This document shows, piece by piece, positions 29,706-41,700 of a stretch of DNA of 64,000 bases. The notes below the pieces were generated by a model. It saw nothing but the letters and a program-made list of their open reading frames with translations. It had not been told where the DNA came from and made no database searches. The stretch spans positions 150,784,001 to 150,848,000 of the forward strand of contig NC_042997.1 in NCBI RefSeq assembly GCF_006345805.1. The letters are read 5' to 3'. The DNA is from Octopus sinensis. Lineage: Eukaryota. The translations under genes were made by a program, and so were the position numbers. Numbering within the stretch: the first letter of the stretch is position 1; each line of letters opens with the position of its first letter.

Positions 29706-30156
29706 ATTTTATCGAACTTGCTGGGGTTTGAACTGAGAGCGGGAAAAGAAAACCGAAAACATAACATAAAGCTTCCCATCTAAATGTACTGATACCAAAG
29801 TCATTGTTCAATTCAAACCGTAACTAAAATGTGAAATTTTACCTAATGTACTTTCGCAATTTTGCCTTTCAACTTCATTTACCTTCTGCTTATATTCTTC
29901 ACTTATCTTGTGTCTATAAAGTAAATCGTATTACTAATAAATGTATTCCAACGAAAAGGACCAATTTAGTTCAGTCCGAAATGGGGCATTCTATAAATAC
30001 CCGTAAAATGTAATTGACTCTGTTAATGAAACTTGTTAACAGACCAATCACTGTTTTGAAGCTAATAATAAATAAGGATTTTAATTCGAATTTTTTTTCT
30101 GTTAAAGCATTACTACAACTCTCCGAAATTTATGTACTAACTCTACACACACTCGA

Positions 30157-30196
<40 letters not shown>

Positions 30197-30249
30197 TATA
30201 TATATATTATATATATATATATATATATAATATATATATATATATATAA

Positions 30250-31440
30250 GTATGTATATAAATGTATGTGTATTTTTTAAATGTGTACAAATAACATGAA
30301 AAAAAAAAATACTTACCATGAAAGTGCCAAGGAGGTTACAGCCTAGTTATAGAGATAGAAATTCCAGGTTTAAGTGAAATGTTTTTGATGACAGATGAAT
30401 TAAGAAATGGTGTTAAACGCAGGTGTTATTCAAATCTTTATACTTTCGACATATGCTTCGAAGTAAACATTGTATTATTCTTGAGGGAATAAAATGATGT
30501 AAAACAATGTAACCATCTAATCAGGTAAAAAAGAGAAAAAAACACGTCAATTAGGCATTTTAACCGAATGTGATTAACGCGTATGTGAAGGGAACGATTA
30601 CAAGTTCTTTTTAGAAGAAAACCGTTAATAGATTTAATGTCAAAGGCAATTTAGAGAAAGATATAGAGAAATAAAGAAATTAGCAGAAAATTAAAAGTGG
30701 AGAAATATAGTGCAATAGATGAGTGGAAATAAAGCTTAAAGGCGTGTAAATAGACATATGTAGTGGAAATGAGATGTAAGAAGACATATCAAAGTTGAAT
30801 TTTATAGATTGGTAGAAATTACTTATAGGAACTAAAGGTATGTTTTTCCCAATATAGGCAACGTTAAACGCCTTCTTTAAATGTATTTACCAGAGGATTC
30901 ACCGAGAACAGAATCAATCATTGCTCTTCGATACAGAGCGGAGAAAAGGATTTACATTTATCATATGGAAAGTATCTTGATAGAATATTCCATTCCAAAT
31001 CGAATTGCGTATTATCTTCCTTAAGAAACCAAATTATGTCACTAAGCTCAGTGTTGTTGCGTTTATTGATAAGTCTAAATGTAGAGTAATGGTTAGATAT
31101 TCTTTTGGACAACTAAGATGAAGAACTAACTATGTAAAAAAGGACCGGAAGTAATTTTACATTGATAAACAGAGTTTCTAGTCTTAGAATTACTGCTAAG
31201 GAAACGAATGCGATTCGAATTTGTATCAAAAATAATTATATTTTTGTTATTATTGTTCAAAAACTGGTTATTGTTAATAATATCTATGTTATTATTTTCA
31301 TTAAATACATTTGTACTTAACAACTTAATGTTATGCGAAGAGATGATTCGTGAAATTTACTGGTGATTGAAAAGCCTATTCTAATTCGGTGCTAATTGAT
31401 AATGGAATGATGGTATTTTGAAGTTTGGGGGTAATTCTTT
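30250..31440 (-). mobile_element. Penelope-like element, 5'-truncated: linker, GIY-YIG endonuclease and 3' pseudo-LTR
   Basis: Minus strand IISSHNIKLL...NSVYQCKITS..FYIV...KRISNHYSTFR...TELSDIIWFLKED...EWNILSRYFPY...LCIEEQ. Confidence 0.8.
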
Positions 31441-31469
31441 TCTACAGCGCCTCGAAAACAGTAAATTTA

Positions 31470-31715
31470 TTAACGTTCAATCTATTAACGGTTTTTTAAA
31501 AGTATCTTGCCAGGGTTCCATTCATCATATACGCGGTAATCACATTCGGTTAAAATGTCGTATTGATGTGTTTTGTTTCTCTTTTCCCCTAACGAGATGA
31601 TTACATTGTTTCACATAATTCTATTCCCTCAGGAATAATAAGAATATTTTCTTCGAAACATATGTCATGAAGTTTAAAGATTTGAATAACACCTGCGTTT
31701 AACTCCATTTTTTAA
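31470..31715 (+). repeat. Inverted copy of the PLE pseudo-LTR (pairs with 30400-30640)
   Basis: Reverse complement aligns over ~240 bp, e.g. gttaaacgcaggtgttattcaaatcttta and cattttaaccgaatgtgatta.cgcgta. Confidence 0.85.
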
Positions 31716-31853
<138 letters not shown>

Positions 31854-32044
31854 GGATATATACATATATATGTATATATATATATATATATGTATGTACA
31901 TCCATATATATACATATACATATAAGACAAAAATGACAGAAATAGTTTGATAAGATATTATTTCACAATGCGTAAATTCTCTTGTGTCGTATTTTATATT
32001 CTATATTACATACAGAGATACATACATACATATATACATACATG

Positions 32045-32076
<32 letters not shown>

Positions 32077-32114
32077 CATACATACATACATACATACATA
32101 CATACATACATACA

Positions 32115-32147
<33 letters not shown>

Positions 32148-32274
32148 GCTCATATATATATATATAAGCATTCATGCACACACATGCACACACATACAAA
32201 TATATATACATAAATAAACATATTATTATAAGTGGCGAGCAAGCATAAACCCAAAAAGGTAAATTTATTAATTC

Positions 32275-32455
32275 ATAATGAAAGGTACAAAATAGTACTA
32301 GATAGTACTAGCGTTGCAAGAAATAAAAGTCGAAATTAATTTAAACAGGCAACAATATTGCTTAATTTTCAGTGATATTGTGGCTTATTTGAGTATTTAC
32401 GGCTCTTATTTCTAGCAATGCTGGTACTATCTTGTACCCTAAATTATAAATAAAT
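32275..32455. repeat. Imperfect fold-back, ~80-85-bp arms and ~13-nt loop
   Basis: ggtacaa...gatagtactagcgttgcaagaaataa...caatatt versus gatattg...ttatttctagcaatgctggtactatcttgtacc. Confidence 0.7.
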
Positions 32456-32769
32456 ATATGCCTATATATAACAAAGTAAACTTACAAAGTACCGCACGAA
32501 TGAAAATATATAGGAAAGAGGATTTGAAAATGCAAAGGTCTTTGAAAGATGATTATTGACTTGACTGGTTTCTATTTAAAAGAAAAAAAATTATCAAAAG
32601 TAAAATGTAAAGCTTGGTATAAGCTTTGTTGTGTTATACAAAGCTTTTACAAAGTTCTACATTTTATTTTTGATAATCGTTTTTTTTCTAAAGTGAAACC
32701 GATCGAGTCAATAAAGATATTTAAAAGACTTTTGCATTGTCAAACCCTCTTTCCTATTTATATATATAC

Positions 32770-35270
32770 GTGAAGATATAGACTCCTTCTGGAGGGAAAT
32801 CTGGAGTGAGAGGAATTTAACCAAGATTTTCTTTGGCAGAAAGAAATCGGAAAAAGTTATTGCTCCTGCATTATATCCAATACACACATCATCCATGGTG
32901 AAACACTTGCAACTGTGATCCAGATATTCCATGATGGAAAAGCACCTGGAAGAGACTTGATTCTTGGATATTGGCACAAGAAGCTAAAATTCTACCGACC
33001 GTATCTTAACAATCTGTACCAGCAACCTTTTATTGGGGAGAGTAGCATACTACACTGGTTAGGTCTGGCAGAGACAAAATTCATCCCCAAATGCAGAACC
33101 ATCCACATGGCAAAATCTACCGGCTATTAGCATGCCAGAACTTAATGTATAAAATATATACAGCATGTTTAAACCTCTTCATCCAGGATCATTGTGTGAA
33201 ACCAATAACATTATCTCGACAGAACAAGCAGCTTGGAAGAAGAAAGTCTGGGGATGTGCCGAGCATTTGTTAATCAACAAAACTATGATGTCAGATGTGC
33301 GAGATCATAGGAGGGAATTAGTTTCAATGTGGCTAGACAACAAGAAGGCCTTTGACACTCTTCCCTACACATGGATGCTAGAAGCCCTTCAACTTGCTAA
33401 AGTTCCAGTGAGAATAGTCAAAGCTATAGCGGACTTGATCGTGGGTCATCATCTTGAAATTAAACACAAAGAGTGAATGTATTATCAACGATAGAATATA
33501 GTATCGCTAAGGCATATTCCAAGGAGACAGACTCTCTAATGCTGCTTATACTTTCTATAAACCCCTTGCCAATCATGTTAAGGAAGTCTGAAGGATATCT
33601 CACTGGTAAACATTTTTCTTTGTAGATGACTTAAAACTTTATGCAAAGAATATGCTTGAGATGAAAAGAGCCTTGACCTAGTTATAACATACTTGAGGGA
33701 TGCAGAGTAGGGGTTTGCACAGGCTAAAAGGTGATATATGGTTGTGAAACTATAAACCAGATTAATAACATTTCCATCAATGATTAGACTGTTTCCCCTC
33801 TATCTGTCGAGGAATGTTACAAGTATCTAGAGGTGGATGAAAATATATCTTACAGTGGCACCTGTAACAAAACACGTGTCACTAAAGCATATTAGAGCCG
33901 AATAAAAAAAATGGATCTTAAAATGCTCTGCATTTCAATAAAACAGTGGCCCACAATGTTTTGCAGTGCTAGTACTCATACCAACATTTGGGCTGTTTGA
34001 TTGGACGCTTGATGAGATCCGAGCCATTAATGTGATATCCCCAAAATACTAACAAGCACACATGATTTCCACATAAACAGTGATGTAGGCCGCCTCTAAC
34101 TAAAACGAAAACAAAGTGGAAGAGGCTTATCGAACTAAAATTCCTTTGAATGTAGCGTCATATCCCTTCGGCAACACCTTTTTACCACCAAGTTTCGAAA
34201 TGCATCCCTTGACCAAGTTTGCATACATAAGGCTGATATCATAATACGACTTGGAGGGCAGCTGCTTGCGTAACACTCTTTGCAAGATAACCTAGAATAC
34301 ATGCCCAAAAATGTCGAACGACTCTACTGCAAACTGCCATCAAATGGAAGGATGACCCTATATGAGCAGAAGATATGTTACTAGAAAGCTCCGTGATAAT
34401 AGTAAGATCATGAAAGCAGTTAATCATGGACCAAGAGTTGGACTACTACATCCCACTTTGAAGGGTATGCGTTTGCAATGCAGGAACAGAAAATATGAAC
34501 CTAGTACCTGATGCACAAAAGGATAGAGATGTAGGTAAAGCAGTAAAGTTCACACAGAAGATAGCACGCTCATCATAAGCAGTTGTCTAAAATGTCATCA
34601 CGGTATTATCTACCAACGAGATATGACGTTGTAGCTAGGACACTCTATAATGAAATCTCTCAGAAGGATAATCCCGGGGACAAAGAAATAAGAAACCACA
34701 ATGTGGTAGAAGCCATAGCTACTCGTAATGAAAAAGAATACTGGTGGAATAGACCAGTGAAGACCTCAATAAAATGTAAGCACAATAGCTCTTATATAAT
34801 GATTTGTGAGAGAGAAGTGGAGAGTTGTGGAAATTAGCTACCCATAGGATGTTAACATGAAGCTGAAGATCAATGAAAAAGAGCTTAGCTATACTGAACT
34901 ATTGAGAATTCTGCAGTTACGCTATCCAGGTAACAAGTTCAGCTATATGCTTGTAATTATTGGGGCCCTTAATACCAATTTTGAGAAATTAGGCTTCTCA
35001 AAGACAGAAAGGAGAAAGCTAATTTGAAGACTATAGATCCAATCCATCACTGGAACTGTAAAAACCTGTAAAACTTTCCAGAAGTTTATCATTTAAATAT
35101 ATATGAGCATGTCTAGATATGAAACTATATGCATGAGAATATATACATAAAAAATGCAAATTTGCACATAATACCCTGCTGCTGATGTTTAAATTCCAAT
35201 GAAGGTTACTGGGATCTAGGTTAGAAACCGTGTTTTTCTCTGTTGACAAGAAATCTTGAAATACACTCTA
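32770..35270 (+). mobile_element. 5'-truncated, heavily mutated R4/Dong-type non-LTR retrotransposon (RT, zinc-knuckle region, RLE)
   Basis: DSFWREIWSE, KAPGRDLILGYWHKKL, WLDNKKAFDTLPYTWM, FVDDLKLYAK, YKYL, RKQSGRGL, RYDVVARTLY, EISYPIDVN..K.NEKE.SY.ELL..LQLRYP...VIIGAL. Confidence 0.9.
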
Positions 35271-35299
35271 TAATGGCATACATACATATAGTGAAAAGA

Positions 35300-35757
35300 A
35301 AATATCTACTGCAGATCAGTGAAAAAGAGATTACCTACGCTGAACTATTGAGAAATCTGCAATTACACTATCCAGATCCCAAGTTCAGGTTTATACTTGC
35401 AATCATTGGAACCCCGGGATATGTACAACGCTGCCTAAATACCAGTCTTGAGAAATTAGTCTTCTCAGAACTAGAAACGGAAAAGTTAATTCAGAAGACT
35501 ACAGATCCAATCCATTACTTGAACTTTAAATATCTGTAAAACTTACCAGAAACCTATCATTCAGATATATATGAGCACGTCTAGATATTCAAGTGTATGC
35601 ATGGGAATACATACATTAAGCAAAACATACAAATCTTCATATATACATACATACAAAAATACTGTGTGATGTTGAAATTCCAAATGGAGGAGCCTTCGAT
35701 CTAGATTAGAAACCGGCTCTTTCTCTATTGGCAAGAAATCTTGAAATAAAACTGAAC
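35300..35757 (+). mobile_element. Second, tandem copy of the 3' end of the same R4/Dong family
   Basis: Colinear with 34860-35265 (RLE tail, tagatccaatccat, ctag.ttagaaaccg, caagaaatcttgaaata). Confidence 0.85.
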
Positions 35758-35817
35758 GATGACATATGTATCTATGAATGACTCTCCCGTCTCAGATGAC
35801 ATATGAGCATTCAGTTC

Positions 35818-36081
35818 TTTTTTTTTTTTTTGCCGAATGACCTACACAAACGATTTGATTATATTGATGAAATGTTCGTGCCACACTTTAGCTCACTATC
35901 TCCAGCAAATCGTCGTTGTCTGACCAGGTGCAGAGAGTTCCACTCACCAGGTGTCGAAGTGATCGCAGAGCAACGGGAGAGGGGATGTTTTGTTGAAGAA
36001 CACGAGGTACCACCCGATGTAGTACCTGAAACCCCGATCTCGAGATCACGAGTAAATCAACGTAACCACTACGCTATGCGC
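35818..36081 (-). mobile_element. tRNA-derived SINE, family 3, with poly(A) tail
   Basis: Minus strand starts gcgcatagcgtagtggtta (A-box-like) and ends ggtcattcggc-A15. Confidence 0.65.
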
Positions 36082-36907
36082 TCACACATACTCGCACAAA
36101 TACACATACATATATAGTTATGGAAAATACGCAGACAAATAGATAAATAGAGAGAGAAACCGAGAGAGACAGAGGGAAGTGTGTACATATGTGTATATGC
36201 CTGTGAAGACATAATTGTTTAAAAGGTATATTGATATATAAATCCGTATAGATATGAAAATAAATACAGCGCATTTGATTAGAGGATAATATGATGGAAA
36301 CCATAACACTTGTACTTTCGAACGAAATCATTTGTTTTGAATTATATGAATAAAAGAATATTTTTGTGAAAAGTATCTTCTTAATAATTCTATGGATCAC
36401 CCACCTCCAAAAAAAAAAAAGGAGAACGTTAAAGATTTTTTTATAAATCAACGCAATGCACATATATTATGATCGCTTTTTAAGAAATCCTTAATAAAAC
36501 AAAAGATATAATATCTGCTATTCATGTTTCTTCTAACGCAAATACTCGAAAGAAAAGAGCACTTTCTTTGGCAATATTCCGAACTGTTTGAGAAGAAAGC
36601 CGTTATTAATAACTTTCCATCTCCAAATATTTATGTGGTAGCAATTATTGTAATATAATTGCCAATATAAAAATAACACAGTGTATATTAATTCCATTCA
36701 CCGTCAAAAAGTTATTTTTCTAACATGACAATAAAATACCTCTCTGTCATTTAAATGAGGTAATATACGATTGAACAAATTACATCTTTATCGCGGGTAT
36801 ACAAAGCGGCATAAACACACAGTGAATATATATATATATATATTATATATATATATATATTATATATATATATATTATATATATATATATATACATACAT
36901 ACATATA

Positions 36908-36943
<36 letters not shown>

Positions 36944-37316
36944 TGTATGTATGTATCTCTCTCTCACTCTGGCTCTCTCTCTCTCTCTCTCTCTCAATAT
37001 ATATTTATATATATATATATATGCACGCACATAGAGATGGAAAAACAACGCGAAGTAGATACATAGGATAACAGATACTTGTATTTATGTGTCTATGTTT
37101 TCCTTAGCGAGGATATTTCATGTGTATATGCCTGTGTATGTAAGCATTTAAGTATTGTTTTATTCTTTTACAGGTATGATGCCGTGGGCATTTTCATTCA
37201 GTAAATCAAATCAAAAGTATCACTCACTTCTGTTTGCGACATATTTTATTTTAGACATTCGAATCCATACGTTAAGTACATTTGGCAGGACACAAACTAT
37301 GCATTTGAACAGATAA

Positions 37317-38050
37317 TCTTTATATATATAAAACTGAGAATGTGTGTCTGTCTGTCTGTCTGTGTGTTTCCCTAAAACTTGAGTACTACACAACCAATTT
37401 CATTCAAATTTTACACATGCCTTACTTAGGGTCCATGTAGTTTCATGGGCAAAAAAAAAAATGTTCAACTTCTTGCCTAGAGCGAGCCCATAGCAATATC
37501 ATATCTTCTCCACTATTTCAGTATTACGTGTTAAAAGTGAAACAAAAATATTTCACTATTCTATGTCAGATGCATTCACTTTAACAATAAAAATAATAAT
37601 AACAATTGAATTATATGTAGTAAGTAATAATTAATATCAAACTAAAGTATAATATAATCGTAACATACAAAAGTAAAAATAGCAATTGGTATAAAATTGC
37701 ATCAATGTTTTGAACTTGAATAAGTGGTTTCACATGAATGGGAATAAATCAAAAATAAAATTAGCGTGAAGAAATGGAATAGTCCAGATGGATAATAAAA
37801 AATTAAATTAAAGAAAAGACTATTGCCTATAGAGTATACAATGTAGAGAAAAAAGAAAAGCTAACAATTCCAGTCTGTTATATATTTTGAGTATTTTTAT
37901 CACTAGCGATATCAAGATATAACTTTGTATTTTGCATTTTATGTGTAGATGTATATATATAGATGTACATGTAATATGTACACACATATATATACACATA
38001 TATACATGCACTAGCACTATGACCCGGCAACGACGGGTCTTTAATGGTAG
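37317..38050 (+). mobile_element. Non-autonomous Helitron-like element
   Basis: A|TC...tatatataaaactgagaatgtgtgtctgtctgtc 5' end; 3' hairpin gacccggcaacgacgggtc then gTAG|T. Confidence 0.7.
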
Positions 38051-38351
38051 TCTTTTATAGAATGACCGAAGCGTACGTATAAACAAACTCGCATGTAGAA
38101 CAACATTTTAAAAAACGCAACGTGCGCACAGGCACACATACATGGACGCACACAAATATATGCATTTGTATATAACAAAAAGTTACTAATACATAAAATA
38201 AGTAGTATTGAAGAAATAAAGCTAAAAAGGCATAAACTGTATGGCACAATAAATATATTTATACGGTTTTCCAAACATGTAAGTTTTGAGGGTAGTAAAA
38301 CTGTACTGCTCTCTCCCTCTCACTCCCCCCCTCGCTCTCTCTCTCTCTTTC

Positions 38352-38423
<72 letters not shown>

Positions 38424-38589
38424 CGATCAAACATACACAATGCTATGTTTTGAGTGTGTCATCTCCACCGCTCAAACCCGCATGCTACCAGCAAAGAAGA
38501 AGAGTATATACGTTGAATATGTGTGGGTATCGTGGATATGGTCTATAATATTAACGGTACTCCCCGTTCATATATGAGGGGGTGTGTGA

Positions 38590-38639
<50 letters not shown>

Positions 38640-38640
<1 letters not shown>

Positions 38641-38850
38641 TCTTTTAATCTTTTACTTGTTTTAGGCATTTGACTGCGTCCATGCTGGAGCATCTCCTTG
38701 AAGGGTTTTTAGTCCGAAAATTCGAGCACAGGATGTATTCTTCGTACTTAATATATCTTCTTGTTCTGCCGAACTACTAATTTACGGGAACATAAACAGA
38801 CCAACATCGGTTGTCAAGTGACGGTGTAGGTTGACACACAGACAGACACT
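38640..38850 (-). mobile_element. SINE family 2, 3' half
   Basis: Reverse complement matches 18265-18478. Confidence 0.7.
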
Positions 38851-38924
38851 CACACGTAAATATTTACATGTATATATATATGTATGTATGTATATATATA
38901 TATATATATAATATATGTGTGTGT

Positions 38925-38959
<35 letters not shown>

Positions 38960-38964
38960 TTGTG

Positions 38965-39110
38965 TGGTGAGTAGCTTCCTTACGAACTACATGGTTCCGG
39001 GTTCAGTCCCACCGCGCGGCACCTTCAAGCACGTGTCTTCTTCTATAGCCTCGGGCCGACCTAATCCTTGAAAGTGGATTAGGTAGACGGAAACTGACAA
39101 AAGCCCGTTA
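38965..39110 (+). mobile_element. SINE family 2, tRNA-like 5' half
   Basis: catggttccgggttcagtcccacc...cttctatagcctcgggccgac...ggtagacggaaactga. Confidence 0.8.
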
Positions 39111-39151
<41 letters not shown>

Positions 39152-39204
39152 TTTGGATGCATTTTCTGTTCAGGTAGGTGTTTCAAAAAATTGTCATATA
39201 TATA

Positions 39205-40008
39205 TACAATCGAGGTCAGATCCGCCTGTTATCATAGTAATGAAACTAAACCACGCAAAGTGTAGCCCCTCGGCAATGATTGACCGTGAAGTTAGTTGTT
39301 CATGAGCACTAAATTCCAGTTCAATGCCCTCGCTTACAGCAGTGCTTGCAGGGATTGTAGCGTGTGATCGTCGCATTGACCATGACAGAGAAAGTCTTCA
39401 TGATAGTACCATCTAATAAGCCTGCGAAAAGTTGCAGAAGGTGTATGCAGAGGTGTGTATGAGCCGCACACAAGTGTGCGAGCGGTTCACACGTTTCCAA
39501 GATGGCCGAAACATGTCGGTATTGTTGAACGTTCTTAGAGACCAACAAGCAGTATATCTGAGAAAAGCATTGCAGGTGTGCGTGCGGCTGCGAGCGGAAT
39601 AGTCAAATTACGGTTCAGTTCAGTCAATTATCACTGAAGATATGAATATGAGACACGTGTCTGCCAACTTTGTGCCAAAACTGCGTTCAGCTGACTAAAG
39701 AGAGACTCGGGTTTTAGTTGCACAAGATTTTCTCGATTGTGCCGAGAACGATGAAAATTTTTTGAAAACATTGTGAAGGCCTCTGAGCAGGTTTCACCAA
39801 GCTTTTCCCAACATTTGATGCAGATTCTCTACATAATTTTCTCTCTCATGGTCTATGCGACGCTCCCACGTTACACACTATCATTCTAAGCACTTCTGTA
39901 TACAGTGGAAGTGAGTTCGAACGTTAAAACTCAGTGCACATGTAGGGCGGAGTTCAAGATTAATATGAGCTAAGCGGCTTCACTTCGCGTGCTTTAGCTT
40001 CGTTTCTA
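39205..40008 (+). mobile_element. Mariner deletion derivative (DNA-binding half of the transposase only)
   Basis: EKLQKVYAEVCMSRTQVCERFTRFQDGR; SVQSIITEDMNMRHVSANFVPKL...LDCAENDENFLKT; stops before the DD34D domain; inverted repeats 39235-39270 and 39973-40008. Confidence 0.85.
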
Positions 40009-40099
40009 TATATATATTCAATTGTCACAGGTTTTAATCGAAAATACAAGTTTAATATGGTTTCTCGTTTAGAATACATTTATTTAGTGAATATTTTTT

Positions 40100-41050
40100 A
40101 ATCACAAATTTTTCTGAGACAACTTCGAGTTAAGAGAAATGTTTATTTCAGTTAATGAGTTGCTTAGGATAGTTTCCCACTATCATTTCTATTCTGTAGT
40201 TCCAAATATTTTTATTTAGGAGTCGATTATGCTTTAAGTAATTGTATCCCTGTTAGTCTACAATTTTTCAATGAACCACTGTACAGTTGTGCATCTATCA
40301 ATTGCACCCAAATACTCAAATGATTTGCATTCCGTCTGTCCCTGCTTGCCGGTTGCTTAAGAAGACTTCAAGTTCGTGGAACCTAGGTGATATAATTTTT
40401 TTTTTTATTTCTCGTTAATTCGCCGATTTTGTAATTGTCTTCTACCTCACTGTTGATTACTGGCAACATTTTTATGCTACTTTACTGAAGTAGTCACTCT
40501 GCTATATAATTTATGTATTGCTATTTCATATTTAAAATCCGTAATGTTATTTTCAATATTTCAGAACACAATTTGCATCTTTCTTATCTGATAATTTAAA
40601 TTTGTCTTTCATTTCGCTGGAATATTTTCTTATGTTGATTAATATCCCTCTGACGCTAAAGTCTAATATTTTCACTATGGGCGAATCATCAGATAAGATT
40701 TTTACCCTGTGTGCTGAAAAGACTTGTTGCTAAAATTTAATTTATTTTGTGTTAATATTTGAAACGCAATATTAGTTAATTTTCTCTTTCCTTTCGAGAG
40801 CATTTTTTTACTATTTTGTTATATTTTTCTTCAAGTTATCTCTGTCTATATTTTAGAGTTAAAAAAAATGATGTTGTCTGCTATTGTGCACTGTATGTTT
40901 ATGGATATATTATTTCCAATTTATGCTGACATCATACTATTACCAGACAAGCACATACTGTATCTGTAATTAATTTTGAACTTTCCGCTTCTTGACATGA
41001 TGTAATTTTTGTCTAGTTGTTTGCTCCTTTCAATATCGTTACCTTCAAGA
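40100..41050 (-). mobile_element. Possible ancient LINE RT relic
   Basis: Only weak motifs (LSNRQAGTDGM resembling K.APG.DG, and GNYP resembling NYRP). Confidence 0.25.
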
Positions 41051-41616
41051 TGACAATTTTTTTAAACATCTACCTGAACAGAATATGCATCCAAAAGGAA
41101 GATTTTACCTTCATGAAAACATTAATGCAACGTAAAACTGTTCAAGAATTCGTGTTACGATAAAAAAAGAAGAAAAAGAAACAAAGAAAGAACCACAGCG
41201 ACGGACAAATACTACTTTCAAATTCACCTCTAATTAAAAATATTCTTTGATTGGATTTCAAATTTCAAGAAAGTAAAAATATTTCTGAAATGTCTTAACT
41301 AAATTATGTACGTTACCATCAACCAATTTGTTGTGCTTCAGTATTATTAACCTAATTATAAAATATTAACCAATGTACCAATCTAATTCTTACATACACA
41401 CAAACACACACACAACCCCGCACACAAACATGTATATATATATATATGCATGCATACATATGTATGAATATATATCTCTCTCTATATATATATATACATA
41501 CATATGTATGCGTATATGTGTGTGTATGTATCTATTCATTGTGTATGTATATATATTAACATGTATAAATATATATATATATGTATATGTATACATATAT
41601 GTATTTATATATATAT

Positions 41617-41700
<84 letters not shown>

